Shown one piece after another: positions 55,177 to 64,000 of a stretch of DNA of 64,000 nt; position 1 is the stretch's first letter; each line of letters starts with the position of its first letter. A model generated the notes under the pieces. The model saw only the letters and a list, made by a program, of their open reading frames with translations. It was not told the DNA's origin and made no database searches. The position numbers and the translations under genes were made by a program. The DNA comes from Promethearchaeota archaeon (GTDB taxonomy: Archaea > Asgardarchaeota > Hermodarchaeia > Hermodarchaeales > Hermodarchaeaceae). The stretch lies in the NCBI GenBank assembly GCA_048938385.1, contig JBHLMG010000010.1, forward strand, positions 9,785 to 73,784, given 5' to 3'.

Positions 55177-56769
55177 TTACTTGCGCTTCTTCATCCAGTT
55201 GTATACAAAGATGATGATAACCCCGATCGCGATAACCGCACCAGCAATGATGATCCATTCGGTTGGTATACCAGGCGGGGGGATTGTATAGACGACAGTT
55301 GCAACATTACTCCAGTTGGAGGTAGAGCCATTGATGAAGATTGCACGGGTACGGAAGTAATAGGTGCCTTCAACTTCTGCAGAGATATTCGCTGTATAAG
55401 CCTTGGTAGCAATGGTAGTGTTGATCAGGAGAGTAGCGAATGCAGCTGAACTGCTTCCTTGGAACTGGTACATAGCAATCTCGGTTTCATTGATCGTTGT
55501 TGTCCAGGTGAAAGGGATCAATCCTGTAGAGGTGGTGGTAGGTCCTGTTAGCGTTATGGAAGCCGGTGGGGCACCGAGGTATTCGCCAACTTCCCAGTCC
55601 CATTGGAAGACTTGGGCAAAGTAGTTGGCAACACCATTGTGGTGGATGATGACGCCAGCTTCACGGTTTTCTGAGACCGATTCGTTACTCCAGTTGATGC
55701 TGGATATTAACACGCGTTGACCATCGGCAATGACGCCTTTGTTATGGGTCCATCCGAAATAGGTTTGGTTGGTAAAAGCCACATGGACACCGTTGGCTTT
55801 GAGATCCTCCGCCACCAACTGCATTCCAGAACTCCTGTTATCTAACATCACACGGCAGTAGACGCCTCGTAACACGGCTGCTTTAATGGCATCATTGAAT
55901 TGGTTGGGATACCCGTCCCAATCAGCCTTGGAATACATTTGTTGGACATCTAAGGTTGTTGTCGCACTATCGATGAGGGCGACAATCGCAGGAATACAAT
56001 AGTCAGGAGATACAAGGGAGGTAATCGTCATGGACCCAGTGAAGGTTTGGGCGCTGAATGGTGCAGGATAAGGACCGGTGTAGTTGAGGTTAGAGAGGTG
56101 GTCATAATCGTTGATATCTTCGCTATATAGTGTGGCTGCAGCAACATCTGAAGTGAAGACATTGAGGAAGTATTGGACGACATCCGCATTTTGGATCGCG
56201 ACCCCCCATTCCCGATTGCCATCACTTGTCTCAGGGGGAATTCCTGATTTGGCCCAATTAGCGCTTTGCACCAACACCACCTGTCGGTCGATGATGATGT
56301 ATTTGGCATGAGTGAATCCAAGGTCGGTGCGAGATTTATAGGCAAAGACGGTCGCGCCATACCCTGGGAGCTGGGAGATATTGTAGAGCGCGGCGTGGGT
56401 CCAATGGTTTTCAGAAGCACTTGCCCATTTCCAAGAGACTATGACATGAATGATCATGCTGCCATTCCTTGCTTTCGCATCCGCCAGTTCGTGGAGTAGA
56501 TAGCCATGGCTAATAGCATACATGGTGATCAGAATTTCGTTCTGGGCTTGACGGAGATATTTCAAGGTCGTCACATAAGAGGAGTCTGGAGAGGTATACG
56601 CTTCGACGGTTGCTGACCCCGTGGTGGTATTCGCCACGAAGTGAGTCTGCGCTTGTGCAGTCAATGGAAAATTAGGAGCATCGTTGTTAGGAGCAATGGG
56701 TCGTATGAATAGAACCATGCCCAGAATCATGATAATAAAGGATAATTGAAGGAGATGTGAGCGTTTCAT
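55177..56769 (-). CDS. secreted phospholipase-D-family (dual HKD) protein with FN3/Ig-like stalk and C-terminal TM anchor
   Basis: Two HKD motifs, FTHAKYIIIDRQVVLVQSANW and WTHNKGVIADGQRVLISSINW. Signal peptide present. The C-terminus is WIIIAGAVIAIGVIIIFVYNWMKKRK. Confidence 0.85.
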   Translation of the reverse strand: MKRSHLLQLSFIIMILGMVLFIRPIAPNNDAPNFPLTAQAQTHFVANTTTGSATVEAYTSPDSSYVTTLKYLRQAQNEILITMYAISHGYLLHELADAKARNGSMIIHVIVSWKWASASENHWTHAALYNISQLPGYGATVFAYKSRTDLGFTHAKYIIIDRQVVLVQSANWAKSGIPPETSDGNREWGVAIQNADVVQYFLNVFTSDVAAATLYSEDINDYDHLSNLNYTGPYPAPFSAQTFTGSMTITSLVSPDYCIPAIVALIDSATTTLDVQQMYSKADWDGYPNQFNDAIKAAVLRGVYCRVMLDNRSSGMQLVAEDLKANGVHVAFTNQTYFGWTHNKGVIADGQRVLISSINWSNESVSENREAGVIIHHNGVANYFAQVFQWDWEVGEYLGAPPASITLTGPTTTSTGLIPFTWTTTINETEIAMYQFQGSSSAAFATLLINTTIATKAYTANISAEVEGTYYFRTRAIFINGSTSNWSNVATVVYTIPPPGIPTEWIIIAGAVIAIGVIIIFVYNWMKKRK

Positions 56770-57010
56770 GGTAACACTTTCCCTAGGAAGCCTAGAAGGA
56801 TGGTTCCCCTCATATCAACTTCCTATTATATCTCTTCCCTTTATCTAGATTCATGAATTTAAACACGACATAAACCAGCACAAGAGGAACGGAACCGTCT
56901 CGGAGCCTATGTAAGAGCTATCTTCCTGTGTTGCCTGAAAACTTGATATATGAACAGCTAATCAGTAGTAACGAAGTTTCTCTTGATTAGAGAATCGACG
57001 AATTCACTCG

Positions 57011-57502
57011 GTGGTAACAGTGGGTAAAGAACTTCATTATGAATATGCGCAATATCCACCAGCTGAAACAGCGTTCAAATGTCTAGTTAATCGCTTGGAT
57101 TTGCAGGTAAGAGAAGAAGATATGGGTGGGGGATTGCGGGCGGTGAATGAGACACGAAGTTTAGTTGTTCATTTACAAACCCGCGCCACGCAGCGAGGGG
57201 GATTAAAAGTGGAAGTTCACATTCGGGTCTCAAGAGACGACGATATGGCGGCAGTGATGGCTTGTTTTGGTGAACCCCAGAAAGAACGCAAGATGGCCCC
57301 AACAGCCAAGGATTTCGCGAACCACGTGATAGCCTTAGAAGTTGGGGAGGATTCAGATGCCTTTGTTGCAGAAATTTGTGAACAGCTAGATATTACTGTG
57401 GATCAGTTTGGAAATTACCGCGCTATGGTTCTGTCCACTTCAACCCTTCCCGGTGCTTCTAAGGAGTTAAAACAAGCAGCGAAGAAGCTCAAAACCTTGT
57501 AG
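57011..57502 (+). CDS. hypothetical protein
   Basis: 163-aa ORF with GTG start. No family recognised. Confidence 0.45.
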   Translation: MVTVGKELHYEYAQYPPAETAFKCLVNRLDLQVREEDMGGGLRAVNETRSLVVHLQTRATQRGGLKVEVHIRVSRDDDMAAVMACFGEPQKERKMAPTAKDFANHVIALEVGEDSDAFVAEICEQLDITVDQFGNYRAMVLSTSTLPGASKELKQAAKKLKTL

Positions 57503-57524
57503 TCAACGCGAGGACGGAACGGGG

Positions 57525-57695
57525 TTACCCATAGGTGAGAGCATAAGATTCTGCTTTGTGACCACATTGTGGACAGACATACAAGTTTTTCTTCTTTTTG
57601 ACACACGCCATGTGAAAAGCCGCGTTGCATTGGGAGCATTTTAGGGGGGTTTTGACGATACTACCACAGGCTTGGCATACATCTTCAGAGCTCAT
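57525..57695 (-). CDS. 56-aa C4HC3 (PHD-like) zinc-finger protein, below ORF-track cutoff
   Basis: Hand translation of the minus strand gives MSSEDVCQACGSIVKTPLKCSQCNAAFHMACVKKKKNLYVCPQCGHKAESYALTYG*. Ligand spacing is C-x2-C-x9-C-x2-C-x4-H-x2-C-x9-C-x2-C. AAGGT lies 10 nt upstream of the ATG. Confidence 0.55.
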   Translation of the reverse strand: MSSEDVCQACGSIVKTPLKCSQCNAAFHMACVKKKKNLYVCPQCGHKAESYALTYG

Positions 57696-57786
57696 GATAT
57701 CACGGACCTTATTGGTAATACTCTACAAATTACCTGATTAAACATTTCTCTAGACCTGCTATTGACGCCGATTTGGTGTAGATACC

Positions 57787-58713
57787 TTAGCCTTCCCTTT
57801 CTTTGATGTAGGGGACTCCGATCGACTTTGGCGGAATGGATCGTCTAATGATGCCCAAGGCAACGATGACGCTGATATATGGGATCATCGCGATAAACTG
57901 TACATAAGGTGCAAGGTAGGAGAATTCGGGAAGCACATCAATTGATCCTTGGAGGGAGCTCAGGAAGCCAAAAAACAATCCTGATAAGACCACTCCAAGG
58001 GGATTCCAGTTCCCGAAGATAAGTGCTGCCAAGGCGATGAAGCCACGCCCACCTGTCATGAGTTCAACGAATCGGCTACCAAACCCGATAGATAGATGAG
58101 CCCCTCCAAGAGCTGCAAGGACGCCGCTGAGGAATACGCCAATAAGGCGTGTAGTTTGGACATTCACTCCTGCGGTATCAAGAGCACTAGGATCTTCACC
58201 TGCTGCTCTAAGGCGTAATCCAAACGGGGTTCGGTACAAGACATACCAACTGATGGGCAACATTAGGAACATGAGCACAATAAGTGGAGAGATTTTTCCT
58301 AACCAAGGCAGAGTCACTCTTGGCAATTGGGTGACGCTGGGAGTGATGCCGCGAATTCCCCAGATGCCATACACCATGAATGATGTAAATCCTGAGGCAA
58401 AAAGGATAATGCCAGCACCGCTGACAATTTGGTTGCCTCGTAATTGTACTGAGATTAGTCCATGAATAAGACCGAGAATACCTCCTGATACCATGGCACT
58501 TAACAAGCCTATCCAAGGATTGCCAGAAAACCAAGTTCCAACTACTGCCATGAAAGCGCCCATGAGCATCATACCCTCTAACCCGATATTAACGACACCA
58601 GATCGCTCTGAGAACATACCACCTAAAGCAGCAAGGACTAACGGTGTGGAGAATTGCAATGTAGTGTTAATGAACCAAATGATTACCAAAGGATTCAGGA
58701 AAGAGCTCTGCAT
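57787..58713 (-). CDS. ABC transporter permease (BMP/nucleoside-type, YufQ/NupQ-like)
   Basis: 308 aa, ~8 TM helices. Its start overlaps the upstream permease stop (TAATG, 1 nt). Confidence 0.85.
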   Translation of the reverse strand: MQSSFLNPLVIIWFINTTLQFSTPLVLAALGGMFSERSGVVNIGLEGMMLMGAFMAVVGTWFSGNPWIGLLSAMVSGGILGLIHGLISVQLRGNQIVSGAGIILFASGFTSFMVYGIWGIRGITPSVTQLPRVTLPWLGKISPLIVLMFLMLPISWYVLYRTPFGLRLRAAGEDPSALDTAGVNVQTTRLIGVFLSGVLAALGGAHLSIGFGSRFVELMTGGRGFIALAALIFGNWNPLGVVLSGLFFGFLSSLQGSIDVLPEFSYLAPYVQFIAMIPYISVIVALGIIRRSIPPKSIGVPYIKEREG

Positions 58714-60191
58714 TATGAGACACCTCCAATAAGGACCCTCTTCTTTAGTACGAGAAAGCTAGATATGAGAGATAGAAGAACTCCAATCAGTCCTAGAATT
58801 GTGAGTGGAATCGTCAAAGTCCCCTTTGGGAAAACTACAGTCAAAAAGGCTAGGATAATCCACGCGATGGATGTTATGAGGGCGGTTATGAATCCTCCTC
58901 TTCTCTTCATGAGGATGGCAATGAATGACCAAAGGGCTAAGATTCCAATTCCAAGCATCTGGGCTGTGAATACCAGGTCGCTTCTGATGTTAGCGAAACC
59001 GATACCAAAGCCAATAAAGGCACCAATTAAGACGATTATTGCCGTGAGAAAGAGGGGGATAGCGTTTTTCGGTTCCTTGACTATCCATTTGGCGTACGAA
59101 ACATTCTCTTTTGCAAGCCATTTGATAATCTTAGGAGCAGCAACGAACAAGACAACCAGGCCTTGAATGATATTTACCATTTCAACTGGAACACCTGCTA
59201 ATGTCTGCATAGCAACGGCTCCAGCACGAAGAAACCCAAAGAAAACTGCTGCAAATATGACTCCAAAGGGATTGTTAAGCCCTAACACAGCAACAGTGAT
59301 TCCATCAAACCCGATTCCCCCAGACCATCCGATTATAAAACGTCGGTACTGTCCGAGTATTTCTGCAGCTCCAGCTAATCCTGATAATGCACCACTCATA
59401 ACCAAAGATAAGACAATTAATTTCTTTGAATTTATACCAGCGGCTTCAGCAGCAGTGGGATTTTGTCCGACAGCCCGCATTTCATAACCAGACACGGTTC
59501 GACCTAGGAAGAAGTAAATGAAAATCGCAGCTATAATGGAAATGAAAATACCTGCATGGAGAACGGGAGAGCCAAACACATTAGGAAGCACCGCAGAAGG
59601 AAGAATTGTCATGGTCTGTGGAAAAGGCGTTCCAGGTTCTCTCAGTGGTCCACTAACCAAGAATTCAGTCAGTAAGATCGCCACAAAACTAAGCATCATT
59701 GTAGAAACAACTTCATGAGTACCACGATACGCCTTTAACAGACCGGGAATCATACCCCAAAAAGCGCCGCAGAGTGTTCCGATAGCTAGGCAGATGAATG
59801 GATGTATGATGATGGGAAAGAAGAGATAGATTCCAAGAATAGTGGCCACCATTGAGCCTATATACAATTGACCCTCTGCCCCAATATTAAAAAGTCCAGC
59901 TTTGAACGCTAATGCGACTGAAAGGCCGGTAAGAATGAGAGGAGTAGCCCATGAAAAAATCAGGTCAGGTGCCGACAAGGCACCCTCCAGAAGAGCGGAA
60001 TAAGCTAGGAGAGGATTACTACCTGTCGCTATCATGATAAGTGCAGCAACAAGCAAAGCGAGAAAAATGGAACCAAGCGCCCAACCGAGTTCAGTAAGAA
60101 TCCGCCAGAAAATCCTTTCAAAAGCGCCTTCCCCCTCATCTTTAGCATCTTGTGCGAGCTTGGTTCCAATTTCTTTTTGATCTTCTTTCAT
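58713..60191 (-). CDS. ABC transporter permease (BMP/nucleoside-type, YufP/NupP-like) with extra C-terminal TM helices
   Basis: 492 aa. The permease core contains FNIGAEGQLYIG. An additional ~120-aa hydrophobic C-terminal extension is present. Confidence 0.85.
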   Translation of the reverse strand: MKEDQKEIGTKLAQDAKDEGEGAFERIFWRILTELGWALGSIFLALLVAALIMIATGSNPLLAYSALLEGALSAPDLIFSWATPLILTGLSVALAFKAGLFNIGAEGQLYIGSMVATILGIYLFFPIIIHPFICLAIGTLCGAFWGMIPGLLKAYRGTHEVVSTMMLSFVAILLTEFLVSGPLREPGTPFPQTMTILPSAVLPNVFGSPVLHAGIFISIIAAIFIYFFLGRTVSGYEMRAVGQNPTAAEAAGINSKKLIVLSLVMSGALSGLAGAAEILGQYRRFIIGWSGGIGFDGITVAVLGLNNPFGVIFAAVFFGFLRAGAVAMQTLAGVPVEMVNIIQGLVVLFVAAPKIIKWLAKENVSYAKWIVKEPKNAIPLFLTAIIVLIGAFIGFGIGFANIRSDLVFTAQMLGIGILALWSFIAILMKRRGGFITALITSIAWIILAFLTVVFPKGTLTIPLTILGLIGVLLSLISSFLVLKKRVLIGGVS

Positions 60192-60202
60192 CTCCGTGAC
60201 TC

Positions 60203-61855
60203 CTAAGTTGTTTGTTCAAGCTGAGATCCAGCCATTAACAGCCCAAGTTCCCGTTCATCAGTTTCATCAGGTTCTTTGACAGCCACTATACGACCTTCGA
60301 AGATGACAGCGATTCGATCAGCCACATTACGGATTTCATCAAGGTCCGCTGAAACGAGTAAAATTGCCACGCCTTTATCACGCATCTCAATGAGTAGGCG
60401 ATGAATGTATTCGGTTGCACCTACATCTAATCCTCGGGTCGGGTGAGAGGCGATAAGAAATTTTGGTTGGAAGGCAAGAGCTCTAGCTACAATGATTTTT
60501 TGTTGATTACCACCTGATAGAGTGTTCGCTAACGAGTCAAGATCTCTAATCTTAATCGCGAAATCTTTTACTAATTGATTTGAATCATTGGCTATTCGCT
60601 GGGGATTCAATAAGAAATGAAGAGGCCCCATTGAGTAGGGAGGTCGATAATGAGCACCCAGAATCATGTTTTCCTTTATCGAAAAATCTAAGATAAGACC
60701 TCGTTTATGCCGATCTTGGGGAATGTACCCTATACCATGTTCACGGATTTTTCGTGGATGAAATCGTTTGATACGCTGCCCCTCAAATAAAATTCGTCCT
60801 TTGAGTGGTTTTCGAAGCCCCCATAGGGTTTCGACTAGCTCTAATTGCCCATTACCTTCGACACCAGCTAACCCAAGGATTTCACCTGCGTGTATTTCCA
60901 AATCAATATCCTTAATGACTTCAAATCCTCGATCGTCTTTTACATGGAGGTTTTCAATTGTAAGGACTGGTTGACCAGGCGTTGCCTTAGTTTTTGAGAC
61001 CCGAAACACGACTGGACGACCAACCATCATCTCAGCAAGCTTTGATTGAGTTGTCTCGTCTTTTTCGACCGTGCCTACGAGGCGTCCATCACGCAACACG
61101 GTAATTCGGTCACAAAGTGCCATGGGTTCCCGAAGCTTGTGTGTAATGAGAATAATGGTTTTTCCTGCTTCTCGTAAACGAGTTAAAGTTTCAAACAGCT
61201 CATCGACTTCTTGCGGAGTTAACACTGCAGTCGGCTCGTCAAGAATGAGAATGTCTGCTTCACGATACAAAACCTTGATGATTTCCACTCGTTGCTGCAT
61301 CCCCACAGAGAGTTCCTGAACTTTCACATTAGGATCAACGAAGAGCGCGTTTTCTTCCGCGATTTCTTTGATTTTCACTTTTGCCTTCCTGTAATTCACC
61401 GGAGTAACTCTATCCATGGACCCAGTGAATAATCTCGCAATACTGCGAGAGAATTTGCTTACATCGCCTCTGAAACCAGAGGGGATGTCAGCTTGGATAA
61501 CCCGTTTTTCGAAGCGGCTCTCCCAATTGGTAAAGAGTGGTTCAGCACCCAAAACAACATTTTCAGTCACTGTAAAAGTAGGAATGAGTTTGAAATGTTG
61601 ATGAACCATTCCAATTCCCAAACTGATAGCATCACTAGGTGAATGGAAATCCACCTCTGCACCTCTAATCTTAATCGTCCCAGCATCCCTTGAAATCAGC
61701 CCATAGAGGACATTCATCAGCGTGGTTTTTCCGGCTCCATTCTCACCAAGAAGGCCATGAACTTCCCCCTCTTTAATTCGAAGAGTGATATCCCGATTGG
61801 CTTCGACGCCTCCTGGGAAAGTCTTGCTGATGTTTTCAAGTTCTATGGCGTAAAT
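60203..61855 (-). CDS. ABC transporter ATP-binding protein, duplicated NBD (BMP/sugar-type)
   Basis: The first-NBD Walker A (GENGAGKTTL) lies upstream of the first ATG at 61717. The frame is open to the stop at 61895-61897 and contains no ATG/GTG/TTG. An in-frame ATT at 61855 sits 7 nt after AAGGAGGT. LSVGMQQR and LSGGNQQK signatures are present. Confidence 0.8.
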   Translation of the reverse strand: MYAIELENISKTFPGGVEANRDITLRIKEGEVHGLLGENGAGKTTLMNVLYGLISRDAGTIKIRGAEVDFHSPSDAISLGIGMVHQHFKLIPTFTVTENVVLGAEPLFTNWESRFEKRVIQADIPSGFRGDVSKFSRSIARLFTGSMDRVTPVNYRKAKVKIKEIAEENALFVDPNVKVQELSVGMQQRVEIIKVLYREADILILDEPTAVLTPQEVDELFETLTRLREAGKTIILITHKLREPMALCDRITVLRDGRLVGTVEKDETTQSKLAEMMVGRPVVFRVSKTKATPGQPVLTIENLHVKDDRGFEVIKDIDLEIHAGEILGLAGVEGNGQLELVETLWGLRKPLKGRILFEGQRIKRFHPRKIREHGIGYIPQDRHKRGLILDFSIKENMILGAHYRPPYSMGPLHFLLNPQRIANDSNQLVKDFAIKIRDLDSLANTLSGGNQQKIIVARALAFQPKFLIASHPTRGLDVGATEYIHRLLIEMRDKGVAILLVSADLDEIRNVADRIAVIFEGRIVAVKEPDETDERELGLLMAGSQLEQTT

Positions 61856-61958
61856 CCTTGTGACCTCCTTGTTCTGGAATAATTCAAGGATGCATTATTG
61901 CTAGAAGTGTCGGGTTTAAGTTGTATTTAATCTCAATGATTATTCCGAACAAACTTTT

Positions 61959-61994
61959 AAAAAAAATGTGAAGAGGGCCACAAAAAAATGGCCC
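61959..61994 (-). terminator. hairpin plus T8 tract between the binding-protein and ATPase genes (attenuator/terminator-like)
   Basis: The minus strand reads GGGCCA-tttttttg-TGGCCC, then ...CACATTTTTTTT. It begins 11 nt after the SBP stop. Confidence 0.45.
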
Positions 61995-62004
61995 TTTCGA
62001 AGAA

Positions 62005-63120
62005 CTAAAGCCACCCAAAGTCTGTCGGGACAACTATGGTTCCATTAATGACGGCTGTTGCTAGGTCGGCCATCAAGTCTTGTTCTGGCACTGTGATCTT
62101 GTAAGGTGGTGCGAGGAGATCGTTTTGGAGTTCCCATCCAATACCGCCGTCTTCAAGTTCGAAGATTTGTAGACCACCTGTGAAGTTATTAAAGATGGAA
62201 GCAGCGAGGATGGTTCGGTATACGACATAGTCGACTTTCTTGAGCATCGATGTTAGCATTGTGGTGTAGGTACCACCAGAAGGAACGCCAAGATACATCT
62301 GTGGCTTATCGACACCGATAGACCAGCAATCGTAGGCGAGAGTTCCATTTTTGGCGATGGCAGCATCAAACACTCCAATGCTTGATCCACCAGCCGCGGC
62401 AAAGCATATGTCTGCACCCGCGTCGTAATGTAGCTCCGCTTGAGATTGCCCGGTTGCTGGATCATCCCAAGCACCAACATAACTGAAGAGGTAATTGGTA
62501 TGATGGGTAGCATTCACACCAATATTCGGATTCGTATAGTTAGCACCAAAGGCATACCCAGCAGCAAACTTGTGGATAAGTGGTTCGTCTTTTCCACCAA
62601 CAAAAGCAACTGTATCCTGGGTAGTTCGCAAACCAGCGAGTGCACCGACAAGGAAGGCGCCTTGTTCTTCGTTAAAGCACAGCGCCGCAATGTTAGGATA
62701 TGTGGTGTGGTTGATCCAGTTAATATCGATTACACAGAAGTCTTGATCTGGGTACTCACCTGCAACTGTGGTTATCGGATCAAACACTTCATAGCCTACA
62801 CCGATAATGAGATCGTAAGGTGTAGAATAGCCTATGTGCATTGCGTACTGTCTGAACAATGGTAGGAAATCAGAAAGCGCTTGCGGTTCTGAGTATGTGA
62901 AATTCACATTGTAATTTGTTTTCGCTAGATCTGCTGCATCAAAGGTCAGGTCGTTGAATCCGAGGTCACCGAGACCCCCTAACCCGAAGACAATAGCCAC
63001 TTGGAAAGGATTCTCCGGTGGGGGAGGCCGTAGGAATAACCACCAGTATGCGGCACCACCGCCGACACCGCCGACGATAATGACAAGTGCAACAATCGCA
63101 TAAACTGTTGTTCGTTTCAT
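62005..63120 (-). CDS. BMP-family (PnrA/Med-like) ABC substrate-binding protein, N-terminal TM-anchored
   Basis: The ATG at 63120 is preceded by GGAGGAG. N-terminus is MKRTTVYAIVALVIIVGGVGGGAAYWWLF, followed by VAIVFGLGGLGDLGFND. The track's 83-aa upstream extension looks spurious. Confidence 0.8.
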   Translation of the reverse strand: MKRTTVYAIVALVIIVGGVGGGAAYWWLFLRPPPPENPFQVAIVFGLGGLGDLGFNDLTFDAADLAKTNYNVNFTYSEPQALSDFLPLFRQYAMHIGYSTPYDLIIGVGYEVFDPITTVAGEYPDQDFCVIDINWINHTTYPNIAALCFNEEQGAFLVGALAGLRTTQDTVAFVGGKDEPLIHKFAAGYAFGANYTNPNIGVNATHHTNYLFSYVGAWDDPATGQSQAELHYDAGADICFAAAGGSSIGVFDAAIAKNGTLAYDCWSIGVDKPQMYLGVPSGGTYTTMLTSMLKKVDYVVYRTILAASIFNNFTGGLQIFELEDGGIGWELQNDLLAPPYKITVPEQDLMADLATAVINGTIVVPTDFGWL

Positions 63121-63398
63121 TTTTTGGCTCCTCCATATTTCTCCATGGTATTTCGCATGAAGGCAACAGAGCATTCCTGTTAAGAAACGAAGATGTATAA
63201 AAATATAGATTACTTGGAAACCCACAGAATTTTCACTCAGCGTCATTGTAGGAGGGATTGATTGTTCGACACATGTCGATGAGAAAGTCGCGTGTGTTGC
63301 ATTTGGTTTGCACGAAGATATTTTACTAATGATCTCAGCAAAACACGATTCGTTAATTCGGGAAGACATTAATTCTCAAAAAACAAGAGCTCTGTGTA

Positions 63399-64000
63399 TG
63401 AACAAGCTCACCGAGATGAAGACGAAAATATTTGCAGTTGAAGTCTTGCAGCTGCTGAAACATGATCACTCGTACAAGCAACTTTCGAAATTAACTAGAT
63501 TGCCTGTCCAGGTGTTAAGTCGATATGTTAACGGTCATGTTCTACCGAATTATAATCGATCCAAAGAAATCATTCAATTGTTTACAGACCGATTTCTAAT
63601 CGAGTTGCTTAAGACAAAGATTCGCACCGATAGTGCAGGGGGTTTAGCAGGTGTTGAAATTCGATCTGACCCAGTGCTACTCGATAAAGTGGCCAAAGCC
63701 GTGTTTCAGGAATTTAACTTCATGAAAATCGGTAAGGTGTTAACGAGAGAGACTGGGGGCATTTTTCTTGCCGTCCCTATTGGTAAGGAATTTGGGGTAA
63801 AGGTTGTCGTTGCAAGAAAAGAAAAAGAGATGGGTGTTAGCGAGTTTGATGAGGTAAGGATGTTCGATGAATCGGGGAAATATTCCTATCTGTACATTCC
63901 AGCGAATTCAATAAAGAAACGGGAAAATATTTTGATTGTCGATGATTTCGTCAGGTCAGGGAAATCCGTAGAAGCTTTGATGCATCTTTGTGAGAGGAGA
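63399..64000 (+). CDS. HTH + phosphoribosyltransferase-domain regulator-like protein (PurR-type architecture); 3' end outside window
   Basis: Hand translation from the ATG at 63399 gives MNKLTEMKTKIFAVEVLQLLKHDHSYKQLSKLTRLPVQVLSRYVNGHVLP... and a PRPP-binding loop NILIVDDFVRSGKS. The frame is open to the window end. Confidence 0.7.

Noticed and set aside
57415-57639. Listed 74-aa minus-strand ORF overlapping the small zinc-finger ORF.
   Set aside because: It is in a different frame from the C4HC3 ORF, overlaps the 3' end of the plus-strand gene 57011-57502, and has no motif content. The zinc-finger frame is the more credible reading of this locus.
63121-63369. ORF-track N-terminal extension of the binding-protein gene (83 extra residues, Cys/His-rich).
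   Set aside because: The ATG at 63120 has a GGAGGAG Shine-Dalgarno sequence and starts a normal signal-anchor. The extension covers the divergent promoter region and has no protein-like features.

Overview
Dense, two-strand coding window of about 55 genes. I found no rRNA, tRNA, CRISPR array or IS/transposase. The gene content is archaeal: the HMG-CoA synthase / thiolase / DUF35 mevalonate-entry trio, an ADP-forming acetyl-CoA synthetase alpha subunit, an LLM/F420-type oxidoreductase, an FprA flavodiiron protein, an M42/TET peptidase and a PGF-CTERM sorting signal. Eukaryote-signature-like genes sit on top of this: a Rab-like small GTPase with near-consensus RabF motifs, two longin/roadblock-like proteins, a PPP phosphatase and an unannotated 56-aa PHD-like zinc finger. 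From this I infer an Asgard-type archaeon; this is not proven. The most notable items are: (1) a same-strand cluster at 40085-43873 of a longin-like protein, two small ORFs, an ExeA/AAA_22-like ATPase fused to a wHTH, and the Rab-like GTPase; (2) a 3299-aa type I surface protein (7779-17678) built from about 100-aa Ig-like modules, including a young 300-bp tandem array, with a cytoplasmic tail carrying two HhH-like KIPGL motifs and a polyproline stretch; (3) a 703-aa longin-like plus coiled-coil protein; (4) the C4HC3 mini zinc finger at 57525-57695, which is below the ORF-track cutoff; (5) an ABC ATPase whose Walker A lies upstream of any ATG/GTG/TTG, implying an ATT start behind a perfect AAGGAGGT. 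The rest is housekeeping metabolism, a BMP-family nucleoside-type ABC operon with a divergent HTH-PRT regulator, and several C-terminally anchored secreted hydrolases (M28, PLD, legumain-like C13, GH35-like, GH38, penicillin-acylase family). All functional calls come from motif reading by eye; no searches were run.
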